Assembly: GCA_965261395.1 (NCBI GenBank) | Contig: OZ253462.1 | Coordinates: 4,512,001 to 4,576,000 of the forward strand | Reading direction: 5' to 3' | DNA from: Candidatus Latescibacterota bacterium | GTDB lineage: Bacteria; Latescibacterota; UBA2968; UBA8231 | DNA length: 64,000 nucleotides | Shown here: one piece after another, positions 9,925 to 17,998 of the stretch | Layout: each line of letters begins with the position of its first letter | Numbering within the stretch: the stretch's first letter is position 1 | Notes under the pieces: model-generated | What the model saw: the letters and a program-made list of their open reading frames with translations, nothing else | Databases searched by the model: none | What the model was told of the DNA's origin: nothing | Position numbers and translations under genes: made by a program

Positions 9925-10644
9925 TCAGGCTCGTTCGGCGCGATGCTGGGCGACCAGTTCCGCCATGCTTTTGAAATAGAAGTCGGGTTCCACCGCCTTC
10001 TGTGGTGCTGCCGTCGCGCCGCCATCGCGCCCTGAACGCCGGTCAATCCATACCGTAGTCAGTCCGATCGCCTTGGCCGGCACGTGGTCGTGGAAGAGGC
10101 TCTGCGCGACGTGCAGGATGCTCTCGGGAGCGCCGCCGAAGTCCGCGGCCACCCGCGCGAGCAGGAATTCGAAGTTGGCCAACGACGGTTTGTACGAGCC
10201 GATCTCCTCGGCTGTAAGGATCGCGTCCCAAGGATCGCCGAGACGGGCGGAGCTGCCCCGGTAACTGGCGCGGTCGCAATTGGTGAGGGTGATCAGCCGG
10301 TGGTGGCGCTTCAAATAGGCGAGCGATTCGGCCGCGTCGGCAAAGGCCGGCCAGTCCCCGACCGACTGGCCGAAGTGGATGCTTTCAGCCTCATCGGGTT
10401 CGCTGCCCCAGTTCTGGGCCAGCGTGCGGTGGGTAGCGGCTAAAAGGTCGGCGTAGAGCAGGTCGGGATTTGCCTCTTGGCAGGCGGATTCCACCTGCGC
10501 GAAGGCTGCGAGGGCCGCCTCGCGAGTCGGCGGGTCGGCCAGACGCGTGCAGAGCGGTTGCAGCGCATCCCAGATGCCCGTCTCCCAGTCAATCAGGGTT
10601 CCGTAGGTGTCGAAGGTCAGTACCGGAAAGTCGCAGAGGCGCAT
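9925..10644 (-). CDS. HAD-family hydrolase (haloacid dehalogenase type II-like)
   Basis: Start reassigned to MRLCDF; FDTYGTLIDWE, GSYKP, HVAQSLFHDH. Confidence 0.88.
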   Translation of the reverse strand: MRLCDFPVLTFDTYGTLIDWETGIWDALQPLCTRLADPPTREAALAAFAQVESACQEANPDLLYADLLAATHRTLAQNWGSEPDEAESIHFGQSVGDWPAFADAAESLAYLKRHHRLITLTNCDRASYRGSSARLGDPWDAILTAEEIGSYKPSLANFEFLLARVAADFGGAPESILHVAQSLFHDHVPAKAIGLTTVWIDRRSGRDGGATAAPQKAVEPDFYFKSMAELVAQHRAERA

Positions 10645-10676
10645 GGGCGTTCTCACAGGGCTGTGGCGTTGGAATC

Positions 10677-10904
10677 TCATGCCGAAGAAAGAGACATAAG
10701 CCGGCGCTCTCGATCCGCAGCAAATGCCAAACAAGCGCGAATGTCTTCGGGCGTGAGATCGGGAAAGTCGCGCAAAATCTCTTCAACAGACATATCCGAG
10801 GCGAGATAGTCAAGCACATCATAGACGGTAATCCTCATACCGCGGATACACGGCTTACCACTGCGCTTGCCGGGTTCAATGGTGATTATATGTCGATAAT
10901 CCAT
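10677..10904 (-). CDS. DUF433 antitoxin-like protein with no adjacent toxin
   Basis: GKRSGKPCIRGMRITVYDVL..FPDLTPEDIRACL; AAGGAGG RBS. Confidence 0.9.
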   Translation of the reverse strand: MDYRHIITIEPGKRSGKPCIRGMRITVYDVLDYLASDMSVEEILRDFPDLTPEDIRACLAFAADRERRLMSLSSA

Positions 10905-10963
10905 CGTCTTCCTCCTTCAGTTGGCATTAGCACCAGGGGAGAATCCCGTCCTCTAGAAATTAG

Positions 10964-11081
10964 CGGCGTATTCCGCTGTCGTCCACACGCCGACGGGGCG
11001 GATTCAAGCCCGTTCGGCATGGTGCTGGGCGACGAATTCCGCCATGCTTTTGAAGTAGAAGTCAGGTTCGACCTCCTTCTG
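10964..11081 (-). repeat. Diverged copy of the HAD gene 3' end plus downstream DNA (matches 9886-10002)
   Basis: Encodes QKEVEPDFYFKSMAEFVAQHHAERA* versus QKAVEPDFYFKSMAELVAQHRAERA*; roughly 85% nt identity by eye. Confidence 0.9.
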
Positions 11082-11083
11082 CG

Positions 11084-11109
11084 CTAAAAATCGGGCCATA
11101 GGTTCAAAC
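11084..11109 (-). CRISPR. Truncated CRISPR repeat (5' 26 nt only)
   Basis: ctaaaaatcgggccataggttcaaac matches 12134-12159 at 24/26. Confidence 0.7.
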
Positions 11110-11188
11110 ACCAAGGGAAACGAAAAGCGGGGCAGACCAAGGCCCCTAGGCAGTGAACAACTACTATACTAGCGTGCAGCAGACATAA

Positions 11189-12063
11189 CTAGATCACATC
11201 GGAAAAAGTAAAATCCCAGCCTGTATAGTCTCTGGTCAGCATTTGCAGTACCGTGATAACGGTCTGCTTATAGTCGCGGAGCAATTCGTGCGGGGCTAAA
11301 AACTGGCTTGTCCTAGGGTCATGTTCTGTTAAGCGTGCCCGTTGCATCAGGGGCTTGTTGTTCATATTGTCGTCGTAAGGGCGGAGTACAACTCCTACGT
11401 TGGCAATATGGGGGTCGGGATCGGGCCTTGTTATCCTTATAGAATTCCCCTCCGGGCTTCCCCAATACCTAATGGTCTTATGAACCGGGTCCAAGTAAAC
11501 ATCGACAGGCGATAGATTGTTGTGGAGCGTGACGTTCCGATAAAAATGTATCGCACTCAACCGTTCTACATAGGGACCCCATTGAACGTAAGCCGGTTGT
11601 AAGGAGCATACCGTAGTGATTTGGTCCGGAGAAAGCCCCTTAAGATCGGCGGCCTATCTTTTTTTAAAGGCCTCCATTTGCGCTTTGTGCTTTTCTTGGT
11701 CGTTTGATGACTTTTGGGGGGCTTCCTCTATCTGTACTTGCTCTTCTGTTATGGGGAACCTGGACCTAGCCCCAGGTTCTTTATTGTTGGCATAGGCACA
11801 GAATCGGACCGTATAGTCCAGTATGGATCGTAGGCAGGCTATCACCGATCCGACTTCTACGCCGATAAGAGCCAAGTCTTTGGGACCCTCCGGATATAGT
11901 GCGTTATAGTCTGTGCTAATATCCTCGATCTCGCTTAAGGGGCGGCCCAAAATAGCCTTTCGTATTGAGCTATTTGGGGTAAGCGAGCTGATACGGACTT
12001 GAAACTCGCCTCTATATGGAGATACAACTCCTGCATCCATGCTTCTTCGCGTTGAGGGTCCAT
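11189..12063 (-). pseudogene. Decayed ~290-codon gene, possibly HEPN-like
   Basis: AAGGAG RBS + ATG 12063; 1-nt frameshift near 11945; in-frame TAG at 11654-11656 joins ORFs 11654-12040 and 11189-11560 (same frame); motifs VGSVIACLRSILDY..FPI, LQP, RNVTLH (RxxxxH). Confidence 0.6.
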
Positions 12064-12122
12064 AGTCTAATCTCCTTATAAAAACCAGAACATGGCACCT
12101 ACTGGCTGACGAATGATTTGGG

Positions 12123-12159
12123 ATTTCAATCCCCTAGAAATCGGGTCATAGGTTCAAAC
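12123..12159 (-). CRISPR. Single 37-nt CRISPR repeat GTTTGAACCTATGACCCGATTTCTAGGGGATTGAAAT
   Basis: GTTT start, CCC..GGG hairpin and ATTGAAA(N) 3' handle typical of Cas6-processed repeats; partial second copy at 11084; cas6 stub about 230 bp upstream. Confidence 0.75.
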
Positions 12160-12195
12160 TGGGCAAGGTTATCTATAAATCTAATAACCTCCCAA

Positions 12196-12322
12196 GGCTT
12201 TGTTGCATGAAAACCGGCTGGTTATGTTGGCCCCTGTCGCCTGTAGTTTACGCGCCTTTGTCTAGCGGATAGGACGCCGGTTTCCCTAGATGGAGCAGCC
12301 GGTTGAGTAGGGCACAGCCCAT
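12196..12322 (-). mobile_element. IS5/IS903-group right-end remnant
   Basis: IR ggctttgttgcatgaa matches the IR of the IS at 53846 at 15/16; 12248-12322 encodes MGCALLNRLLHLGKPASYPLDKGA*, like that transposase's C-terminus. Confidence 0.85.
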
Positions 12323-12387
12323 GGGTTAAGTATCCCCTTGGGAAGCGCAACATAAGGGCCCAGAAGTAGGGATTCTTCCAAAAGGCT

Positions 12388-12513
12388 TCATAGAGTGTGG
12401 CCGAAAGCCCCCCTAAAGGTCGAGCTCTTGTAGGAGGGCAACTGCAATCTCTCGACTACCGTCATCTCCAAGCGGAAGCGGGCATAGCGGATTTTACGCA
12501 GTTCGTCCAGCAT
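12388..12513 (-). pseudogene. cas6: cas6 5' fragment (41 aa)
   Basis: MLDELRKIRYARFRLEMTVVERLQLPSYKSSTFRGAFGHTL* resembles the LPxYKGSTxRGAFGxxL N-terminus of Cas6; near a CRISPR repeat. Confidence 0.75.
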
Positions 12514-12561
12514 ATCTATTTCAAACTTTTCGTAGCTACTATTTGTAGTTACATTTACTCT

Positions 12562-12855
12562 ATGCAGTTCGAGTGGGATGAACGCAAACGGCAAACTAAT
12601 TTCGCCAAACATGGAATCGACTTCGGGGTTGCCTCCGTCGTCTTCACCGGCATCACGGCGACCATCCCCGACGAGCGCCATGATTACGGCGAGCATCGTT
12701 TTATCACCCTAGGTGCCCTACAGGGACGTGTCGTTGTTGTAGCACATACCCAACGAGGTTCTGTCACGAGAATCATCTCAATGAGGAAAGCCAATGAGCG
12801 CGAACAAAAAATCTATCAAGCGCACGCTAACGCGGCTAGACGCGATGAAAGATGA
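12562..12855 (+). CDS. brnT: BrnT toxin
   Basis: MQFEWDERKRQTNFAKHGIDF, DYGEHRFITLG, RIISMRKAN. Confidence 0.92.
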   Translation: MQFEWDERKRQTNFAKHGIDFGVASVVFTGITATIPDERHDYGEHRFITLGALQGRVVVVAHTQRGSVTRIISMRKANEREQKIYQAHANAARRDER

Positions 12856-13069
12856 GGCCATCGATTACTCCGACATTCCGCCTTTGTCTCCAGAGATGTT
12901 CGCTCAGGCTCTCGTGCAAAAAGGTCTGCACTCGGCACCTTGCAAGGCACAGATCACCCTGCGTCTGGATGAAGATGTGCTGGAATGGTTTCGCAACCAA
13001 GGCAAAGGCTACCAGACGCGGATCAATGAGATTCTAAAAGCATATAAAAAAGCCCACGAGCAGGTCTGA
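12794..13069 (+). CDS. brnA: BrnA antitoxin
   Basis: IDYSDIPPL, ITLRLDEDVLEWFR..GKGYQTRIN. Confidence 0.92.
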   Translation: MSANKKSIKRTLTRLDAMKDEAIDYSDIPPLSPEMFAQALVQKGLHSAPCKAQITLRLDEDVLEWFRNQGKGYQTRINEILKAYKKAHEQV

Positions 13070-13099
13070 TTCTCTTTGTCGAAGGCCGCTCCAAGTGCT

Positions 13100-14080
13100 T
13101 CACGCGTATTTCTGCGGCCGCTTCTCCTCGGACACCTCGTCCAACAAAGCCCGCTCTTCCGGTGCCAAAGACCAGTCCAAGCCCGCGAACACCTCTTCGA
13201 CGTGCGCCGGCTCGTCGGCCCCCAAAATGGGGGCGCTGATTTCGTCGTGATCTAAAATCCAGGCAATGGCCACCTGCGCTGGAGTCTTGCCGTGCTGCGC
13301 CCCAATATCGACCAGCGTCTGGACGATGGTATCGACCCGCTCGGTCATGGCCTCGGCGAAATTGTATTTACCCGGACTCATGCCGCGCAGCTCGTCTGTG
13401 CTCCACGGCGTCCCCGGCGGCGGCGCTTGCCCGCGGCGGAAGCGGCCGGAAAGCAAGCCAATGGCCAGTGGGCTATAGGTCATAATGCCCAAGCCGAACT
13501 GACGGCAGATGGGCATCAACTCCGGCTCCATCTCCCAGCGGTTGAGCAGATTGTACTGATTCTGGATACAGGCAAAGGAGGCCAAGCGCTCGCGCTGCGA
13601 AATCCACAGAGCCTCGACGATTTTCCACGGCGGAAAATTAGAGCACCCCACGTAGCGCGCCTTGCCCTGCCGCACAATGTCGTCGAGGGCACCCAAGGTC
13701 TCCTCCAGCGGCGTGACCGGATCAAAACTGTGCAGCAAGTACAAATCGACGTAATCGGTCTGTAGCCGCTGCAACGACGCCTCAATACCCCGCAGCAAAT
13801 TGACCCGCGACAGCCCCACGTGATTGGGGCTATTGCCCAAGGTGCCAAAAATTTTGGTGGTCAACACCACCTCCTCACGCCGCCCCTTGATGGCCTTACC
13901 CACCACTTGCTCGGAGCGGCCCTGTCCGTACAGCGCCGTATCGATAAAATTGCAGCCCAAGTCCAAGGCCCGCTGCACCACCTCAATGCAAACCTTCTCG
14001 TTCTCTTGGCCGCGAAACGCCGTGCCCAAGCACACCTTAGACACCTTGACGCCGGCCTTGCCTAAATTGCGGTATTCCAT
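13100..14080 (-). CDS. Aldo/keto reductase
   Basis: MEYRNLG, FIDTALYG, SLQRLQTDYVDLY, YSPLA. Confidence 0.92.
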   Translation of the reverse strand: MEYRNLGKAGVKVSKVCLGTAFRGQENEKVCIEVVQRALDLGCNFIDTALYGQGRSEQVVGKAIKGRREEVVLTTKIFGTLGNSPNHVGLSRVNLLRGIEASLQRLQTDYVDLYLLHSFDPVTPLEETLGALDDIVRQGKARYVGCSNFPPWKIVEALWISQRERLASFACIQNQYNLLNRWEMEPELMPICRQFGLGIMTYSPLAIGLLSGRFRRGQAPPPGTPWSTDELRGMSPGKYNFAEAMTERVDTIVQTLVDIGAQHGKTPAQVAIAWILDHDEISAPILGADEPAHVEEVFAGLDWSLAPEERALLDEVSEEKRPQKYA

Positions 14081-14096
14081 AAAAATCTCTCTTGTG

Positions 14097-15116
14097 TTAG
14101 CCTGATTGCCCGACCTCATCGAGCGCCGCTAACAAATATTCGTTGTCTTGGGGACGCAGCGACGTCAGCCGCACAAAGCCGGGCGCGTCTTGCCGCCAGC
14201 GGGCGCGTATCCGCCGCTTTTCCAAACCCGCCCGCAGCCGCTCCGGGCTGCTCTCCTCGCAGCGCACCCAAAAGAAATTCGCCGCGCTCGGATAGGCCCG
14301 CAACCACGGACGCTCGTTCAGCCCCTCGTAGAGCGCCTGACAATCGCTGCGGATCTGAGCGACGATCTGGTGCAAATAGCTCTGATCGGCCAGCGCCGCC
14401 CGCGCCGCCACCAGCGACAGCGCATTAACCGCCCAAGGAACCTGCATCTGACTCAGGGCGGCGATAATGGGTTTCGGCCCAATGGCGTAGCCGACCCGCA
14501 AACCGGCCATGCCGTATGCCTTGGAAAAGGTCCGCAGCACCACCAAATTTGCTCGCTCCCGCACCCAAGGCACGCAGCTATGCCCGGCATAGTCTGCATA
14601 CGCTTCATCGACGATGCACAAGCAGTCGGGCAACTCGTCGAGCAAACGCGCCATTTCCCGCTCGCCGCAAAGGAGGTTGCCGGTGGGGTTGTTGGGGCTG
14701 CTCAGGAGCAACACCCGCGCCCCCGACTGCCGACCTGCCTCAATGAAACGCTCGGGCACCAGCGCAAAGTCCTCCTCGTGTAGCGGCACTGGGATCACTT
14801 CGGCTGCGCACCGCTGCCCCAATGCGACAAAGCGCTCGTACGACGGAGACGGGATGAGCAGGCGCTGCCGCTCTAGCAGCAACCGCGCCAAAAAAAGCCA
14901 GACCACAGCTTCCCCAGATCCGTTGTACACTATGAAGTGATCGGGCGAAAGCCCCCAATGCGCCGCCAAGTCCCCGCGCAACGACTCGGCGCGCTCCTCG
15001 TCGTCGTAGCGACTAAAATCGCCGGTGCGGGCAAAGGCGGCCATTGCCTCCCGAACCTTGGGCGACGGTCCATACGGATTGGTCGCCGCGTCAAAACGCA
15101 ACCATTTATCGTTCAT
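14097..15116 (-). CDS. Histidinol-phosphate aminotransferase-like PLP enzyme
   Basis: NPYGPSP, SPNNPTG, VDEAY, RTFSKAYGMAGLRVGY. Confidence 0.85.
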   Translation of the reverse strand: MNDKWLRFDAATNPYGPSPKVREAMAAFARTGDFSRYDDEERAESLRGDLAAHWGLSPDHFIVYNGSGEAVVWLFLARLLLERQRLLIPSPSYERFVALGQRCAAEVIPVPLHEEDFALVPERFIEAGRQSGARVLLLSSPNNPTGNLLCGEREMARLLDELPDCLCIVDEAYADYAGHSCVPWVRERANLVVLRTFSKAYGMAGLRVGYAIGPKPIIAALSQMQVPWAVNALSLVAARAALADQSYLHQIVAQIRSDCQALYEGLNERPWLRAYPSAANFFWVRCEESSPERLRAGLEKRRIRARWRQDAPGFVRLTSLRPQDNEYLLAALDEVGQSG

Positions 15117-15267
15117 AAGAAATCGTCCTTTAGTAGGAACCTCCTTACGCTATCCATAACGGACGCCAGCGGCAACCACGCCCCTTTTGCCTTATACTCT
15201 TCATCGCAATATGCGGCCTAAAGTATCGGCACAATCTGGGTCTAACCAGGGAATAGGGGCGAGTATT

Positions 15268-16551
15268 ATGCCTGCGACCAATGCCAAAAAACCGATCATC
15301 GCCTGGGCCTTGTACGACTGGGCCAACTCGGCTTTCGCCACCACGGTCATCGCCGCCTTCTTCCCGGTGTTTTTTAAGTCCTACTGGAGCGCTGGCAGCG
15401 ACGTCACCCAAAGCACCTTCCAACTCGGGCTGGCCAACTCGCTCAGCAGCCTGATCGTCGTGCTGCTAGCCCCCTTCTTGGGAGCTATTGCCGACCAAGG
15501 CGGCACCCGGCGCAAGTTCCTGTTTGCCTTCGCCTTCTTGGGAGTCCTCGCCACGGGGTGCCTCTACATGGTCGCCGAAGGCGCGTGGGAGCTGGCGGTT
15601 GTGGTCTATGTCTTGGCCGCCATCGGCTTCTCCGGTGGCAATGCCTTTTACGATGCGCTCCTCGTGGAAGTGGCTGGGCGCGACAAGTCGGACTCGATCT
15701 CGGCGTTCGGATACAGCCTCGGCTATCTGGGCGGCGGCTTGCTGTTTGCGCTCAATGTGGCGATGGTCCTGTACCCCACGACCTTTGGGTTGGCCGATGC
15801 CAGCGAGGCAGTGCGCGTGTGCTTTTTGCTAGTCGCCATCTGGTGGGCAGGCTTTTCGCTGCCGCTCTTTTTGTGGGTCGAGGAATCGCCGCCCGTGCGC
15901 GCTCATCGCGGCTGGAGCGCAATTTCAGCCGGCTATCGGCAGCTCATCTCGACCAGCCGTGACATTCGACAGCTACGCACCACCTTTATCTTCCTCATCG
16001 GCTATTGGCTGTACATCGACGGCGTCGATACCATCATCCGCATGGCCATCGACTACGGCCTGTCGCTGGGCCTTGCCACCGACGACCTGCTGATCGCCTT
16101 GGGCATTACCCAGTTCGTGGGCTTCCCCGCGGCTATTGCCTTTGGCTTGCTCGGCGAGCGGATCGGCACCCGCAAGGGGATTTTCATCGGCCTAGCCGTC
16201 TATATTGCGGCAACGGTCTGGGGCTACTTTTTAGATGCCGTCTGGGAATTTTACGCCTTGGCCATAGCCGTTGGCCTAGTCCAAGGCGGGGTGCAAGCCC
16301 TGAGCCGCTCACTCTACTCAAGGATCATTCCCCGCGACCGCGCGGCGGAGTTTTTTGGCTTTTACAACATGCTAGGCAAATTCGCCGCGGTCATCGGCCC
16401 GGTGCTCGTCGGTTGGATTGGAGTGCTGACCGGCAACCCGCGCTTGGGGATTTTGTCGATCATCATCCTCTTCGTCGCGGGCGGAGCCTGCCTCTACTTC
16501 GTCGATGAGGAGCGAGGCACGGCCGCAGCGCGTGCCATTGAGACCGCTTAG
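15268..16551 (+). CDS. MFS transporter (UMF1/Atg22-like)
   Basis: WALYDWANSAF, GYLGGG, QALSRSLY, EFFGFY. Confidence 0.88.
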   Translation: MPATNAKKPIIAWALYDWANSAFATTVIAAFFPVFFKSYWSAGSDVTQSTFQLGLANSLSSLIVVLLAPFLGAIADQGGTRRKFLFAFAFLGVLATGCLYMVAEGAWELAVVVYVLAAIGFSGGNAFYDALLVEVAGRDKSDSISAFGYSLGYLGGGLLFALNVAMVLYPTTFGLADASEAVRVCFLLVAIWWAGFSLPLFLWVEESPPVRAHRGWSAISAGYRQLISTSRDIRQLRTTFIFLIGYWLYIDGVDTIIRMAIDYGLSLGLATDDLLIALGITQFVGFPAAIAFGLLGERIGTRKGIFIGLAVYIAATVWGYFLDAVWEFYALAIAVGLVQGGVQALSRSLYSRIIPRDRAAEFFGFYNMLGKFAAVIGPVLVGWIGVLTGNPRLGILSIIILFVAGGACLYFVDEERGTAAARAIETA

Positions 16552-17702
16552 CAAAACGCCTGCGCCGTCAGCGCATACACCTTCGCCACCCGCACCAACT
16601 CGGCCACCGACACCTGCTCGTCGGTCGTATGCGCCCCCGTGGCGCAAGGACCGTGAGTTAGGGCCTCAATTCCGGCCGCCATAAAGACATTGCCGTCGTC
16701 GATAAAGGGCTTACCGCCCAAGCGCAACGGTGCTCCGGTTGTCTGTTCGTACGCCGACTGGAACGCGCCCACCAGCGGGCTACCCTGATCGACCGCAAAG
16801 GCATCGCCGGGCATGTTCCAATCCGCGAGCCGGATGCGGGTGCCGCTGGCCGCAGCCACATCGGCGAGCAGGGCTTCCATTTCACGGCGCGCCGCCGGCC
16901 CCGCTCCAGCCACCACCCAGCGACGAGTCCCTTCAATGCGGCATTGGACCGGCACTTGGTTGTAGAGCTGTCCGCCTTCGATTCGGCCGATAAACAGCGT
17001 GTCGCTGCCGACATAGGGCGCGGTTTGATCGCGCAGATGCTCGTTCAGCGCGTTCAGCCGCAAAACCACCTCGGCTCCAGCCGCGATCACGTCCGGCAGC
17101 CCGGCGGGCCGCAGTACCTCGTGTACTGGCTCGCCGTCGCGCTCGATCTCCACGCTAAACACGGCCATCCCGCGCCCGGCGACCGGCAGCGCATCGCCCA
17201 AGTACTCCGGCAGCAGCACTCCGTCGCCGACAAAGCCTTCGCGGATCAAGGCCAAAAGCTGGCGGCGGTCGCCCCAAGGCGCTTCGTGATGATCGTGGGC
17301 CGTAAGTAAGACTGCTCCTTTGGTCAGTGCGCCCGTATCCCTTAACGCCCTGAGTGCCTCGACGAAGGCGGCGATTCCCCCCTTCATGTCGGACGCCCCC
17401 GACCCATAGAGTTGGCCATCCTCCACCTTGGGCGGCACAAAGGGCAAATGCACCGTGTCCAAGTGCCCATCGAATTGCAACACCCGCCCAGGTTGCCCGC
17501 TATCGAAACGAGCGACCACCGCCGGTGCTTGCGGCCAATCGGCTTGGGGCCGCTCCACGGCAAAGCCCTCCGCAGCCAATATCGACGCCAACGCATCCGC
17601 TGCCGTGCCGGCATCCAGCGTCGGGCTGGGCACCGCAATCAGCGCCTTGGCCGTATCAATGAGGCGTTGCTCATTGACGGCCTGTAGTATGTTGTCTTCC
17701 AT
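16548..17702 (-). CDS. M20/ArgE-DapE family metallopeptidase
   Basis: GHLDTV, GSGASDMKGG, AHTTDE; AAGGAG RBS before ATG 17702. Confidence 0.87.
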   Translation of the reverse strand: MEDNILQAVNEQRLIDTAKALIAVPSPTLDAGTAADALASILAAEGFAVERPQADWPQAPAVVARFDSGQPGRVLQFDGHLDTVHLPFVPPKVEDGQLYGSGASDMKGGIAAFVEALRALRDTGALTKGAVLLTAHDHHEAPWGDRRQLLALIREGFVGDGVLLPEYLGDALPVAGRGMAVFSVEIERDGEPVHEVLRPAGLPDVIAAGAEVVLRLNALNEHLRDQTAPYVGSDTLFIGRIEGGQLYNQVPVQCRIEGTRRWVVAGAGPAARREMEALLADVAAASGTRIRLADWNMPGDAFAVDQGSPLVGAFQSAYEQTTGAPLRLGGKPFIDDGNVFMAAGIEALTHGPCATGAHTTDEQVSVAELVRVAKVYALTAQAFC

Positions 17703-17715
17703 CCTTGGCACTCCT

Positions 17716-17931
17716 TTATCCGCCTTGAGACTTCGTTGTATCGACATCGGCCACTCCGCGCGGACAGAGCAGCCCGCGCTCCCAGGGCTGGCCGCTACAC
17801 GATTCCCCAAGCTCTTCCAGCCGCTGCTCCTCGGTTCGCTCCCACGGATCCTTGGGCAGATCGGCCGGCCCTTGGGGATTATCCAGTCCGCAACCGACCA
17901 ACGCCATGCAGAGCATCCACTTTCTCGCCAT
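17716..17931 (-). CDS. Small putative lipoprotein (71 aa)
   Basis: GGAGG RBS; MARKWMLCMALVGC lipobox-like signal; co-directional with the M20 gene. Confidence 0.55.
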   Translation of the reverse strand: MARKWMLCMALVGCGLDNPQGPADLPKDPWERTEEQRLEELGESCSGQPWERGLLCPRGVADVDTTKSQGG

Positions 17932-17998
17932 ATTGGCCTCCATTGCCCGCCTCTGACAATCTCCGTACTTTGGCCCCAACCCGCAAAGGAGCAGACCT

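Noticed and set aside
11084-12159. Functional CRISPR array
   Set aside because: Only one complete repeat and one truncated copy 1 kb apart; no repeat-spacer periodicity and no intact cas genes
12514-12696. Long N-terminus of ORF 12388-12696
   Set aside because: Antisense shadow of brnT; only the last 41 aa look like real (cas6) coding sequence
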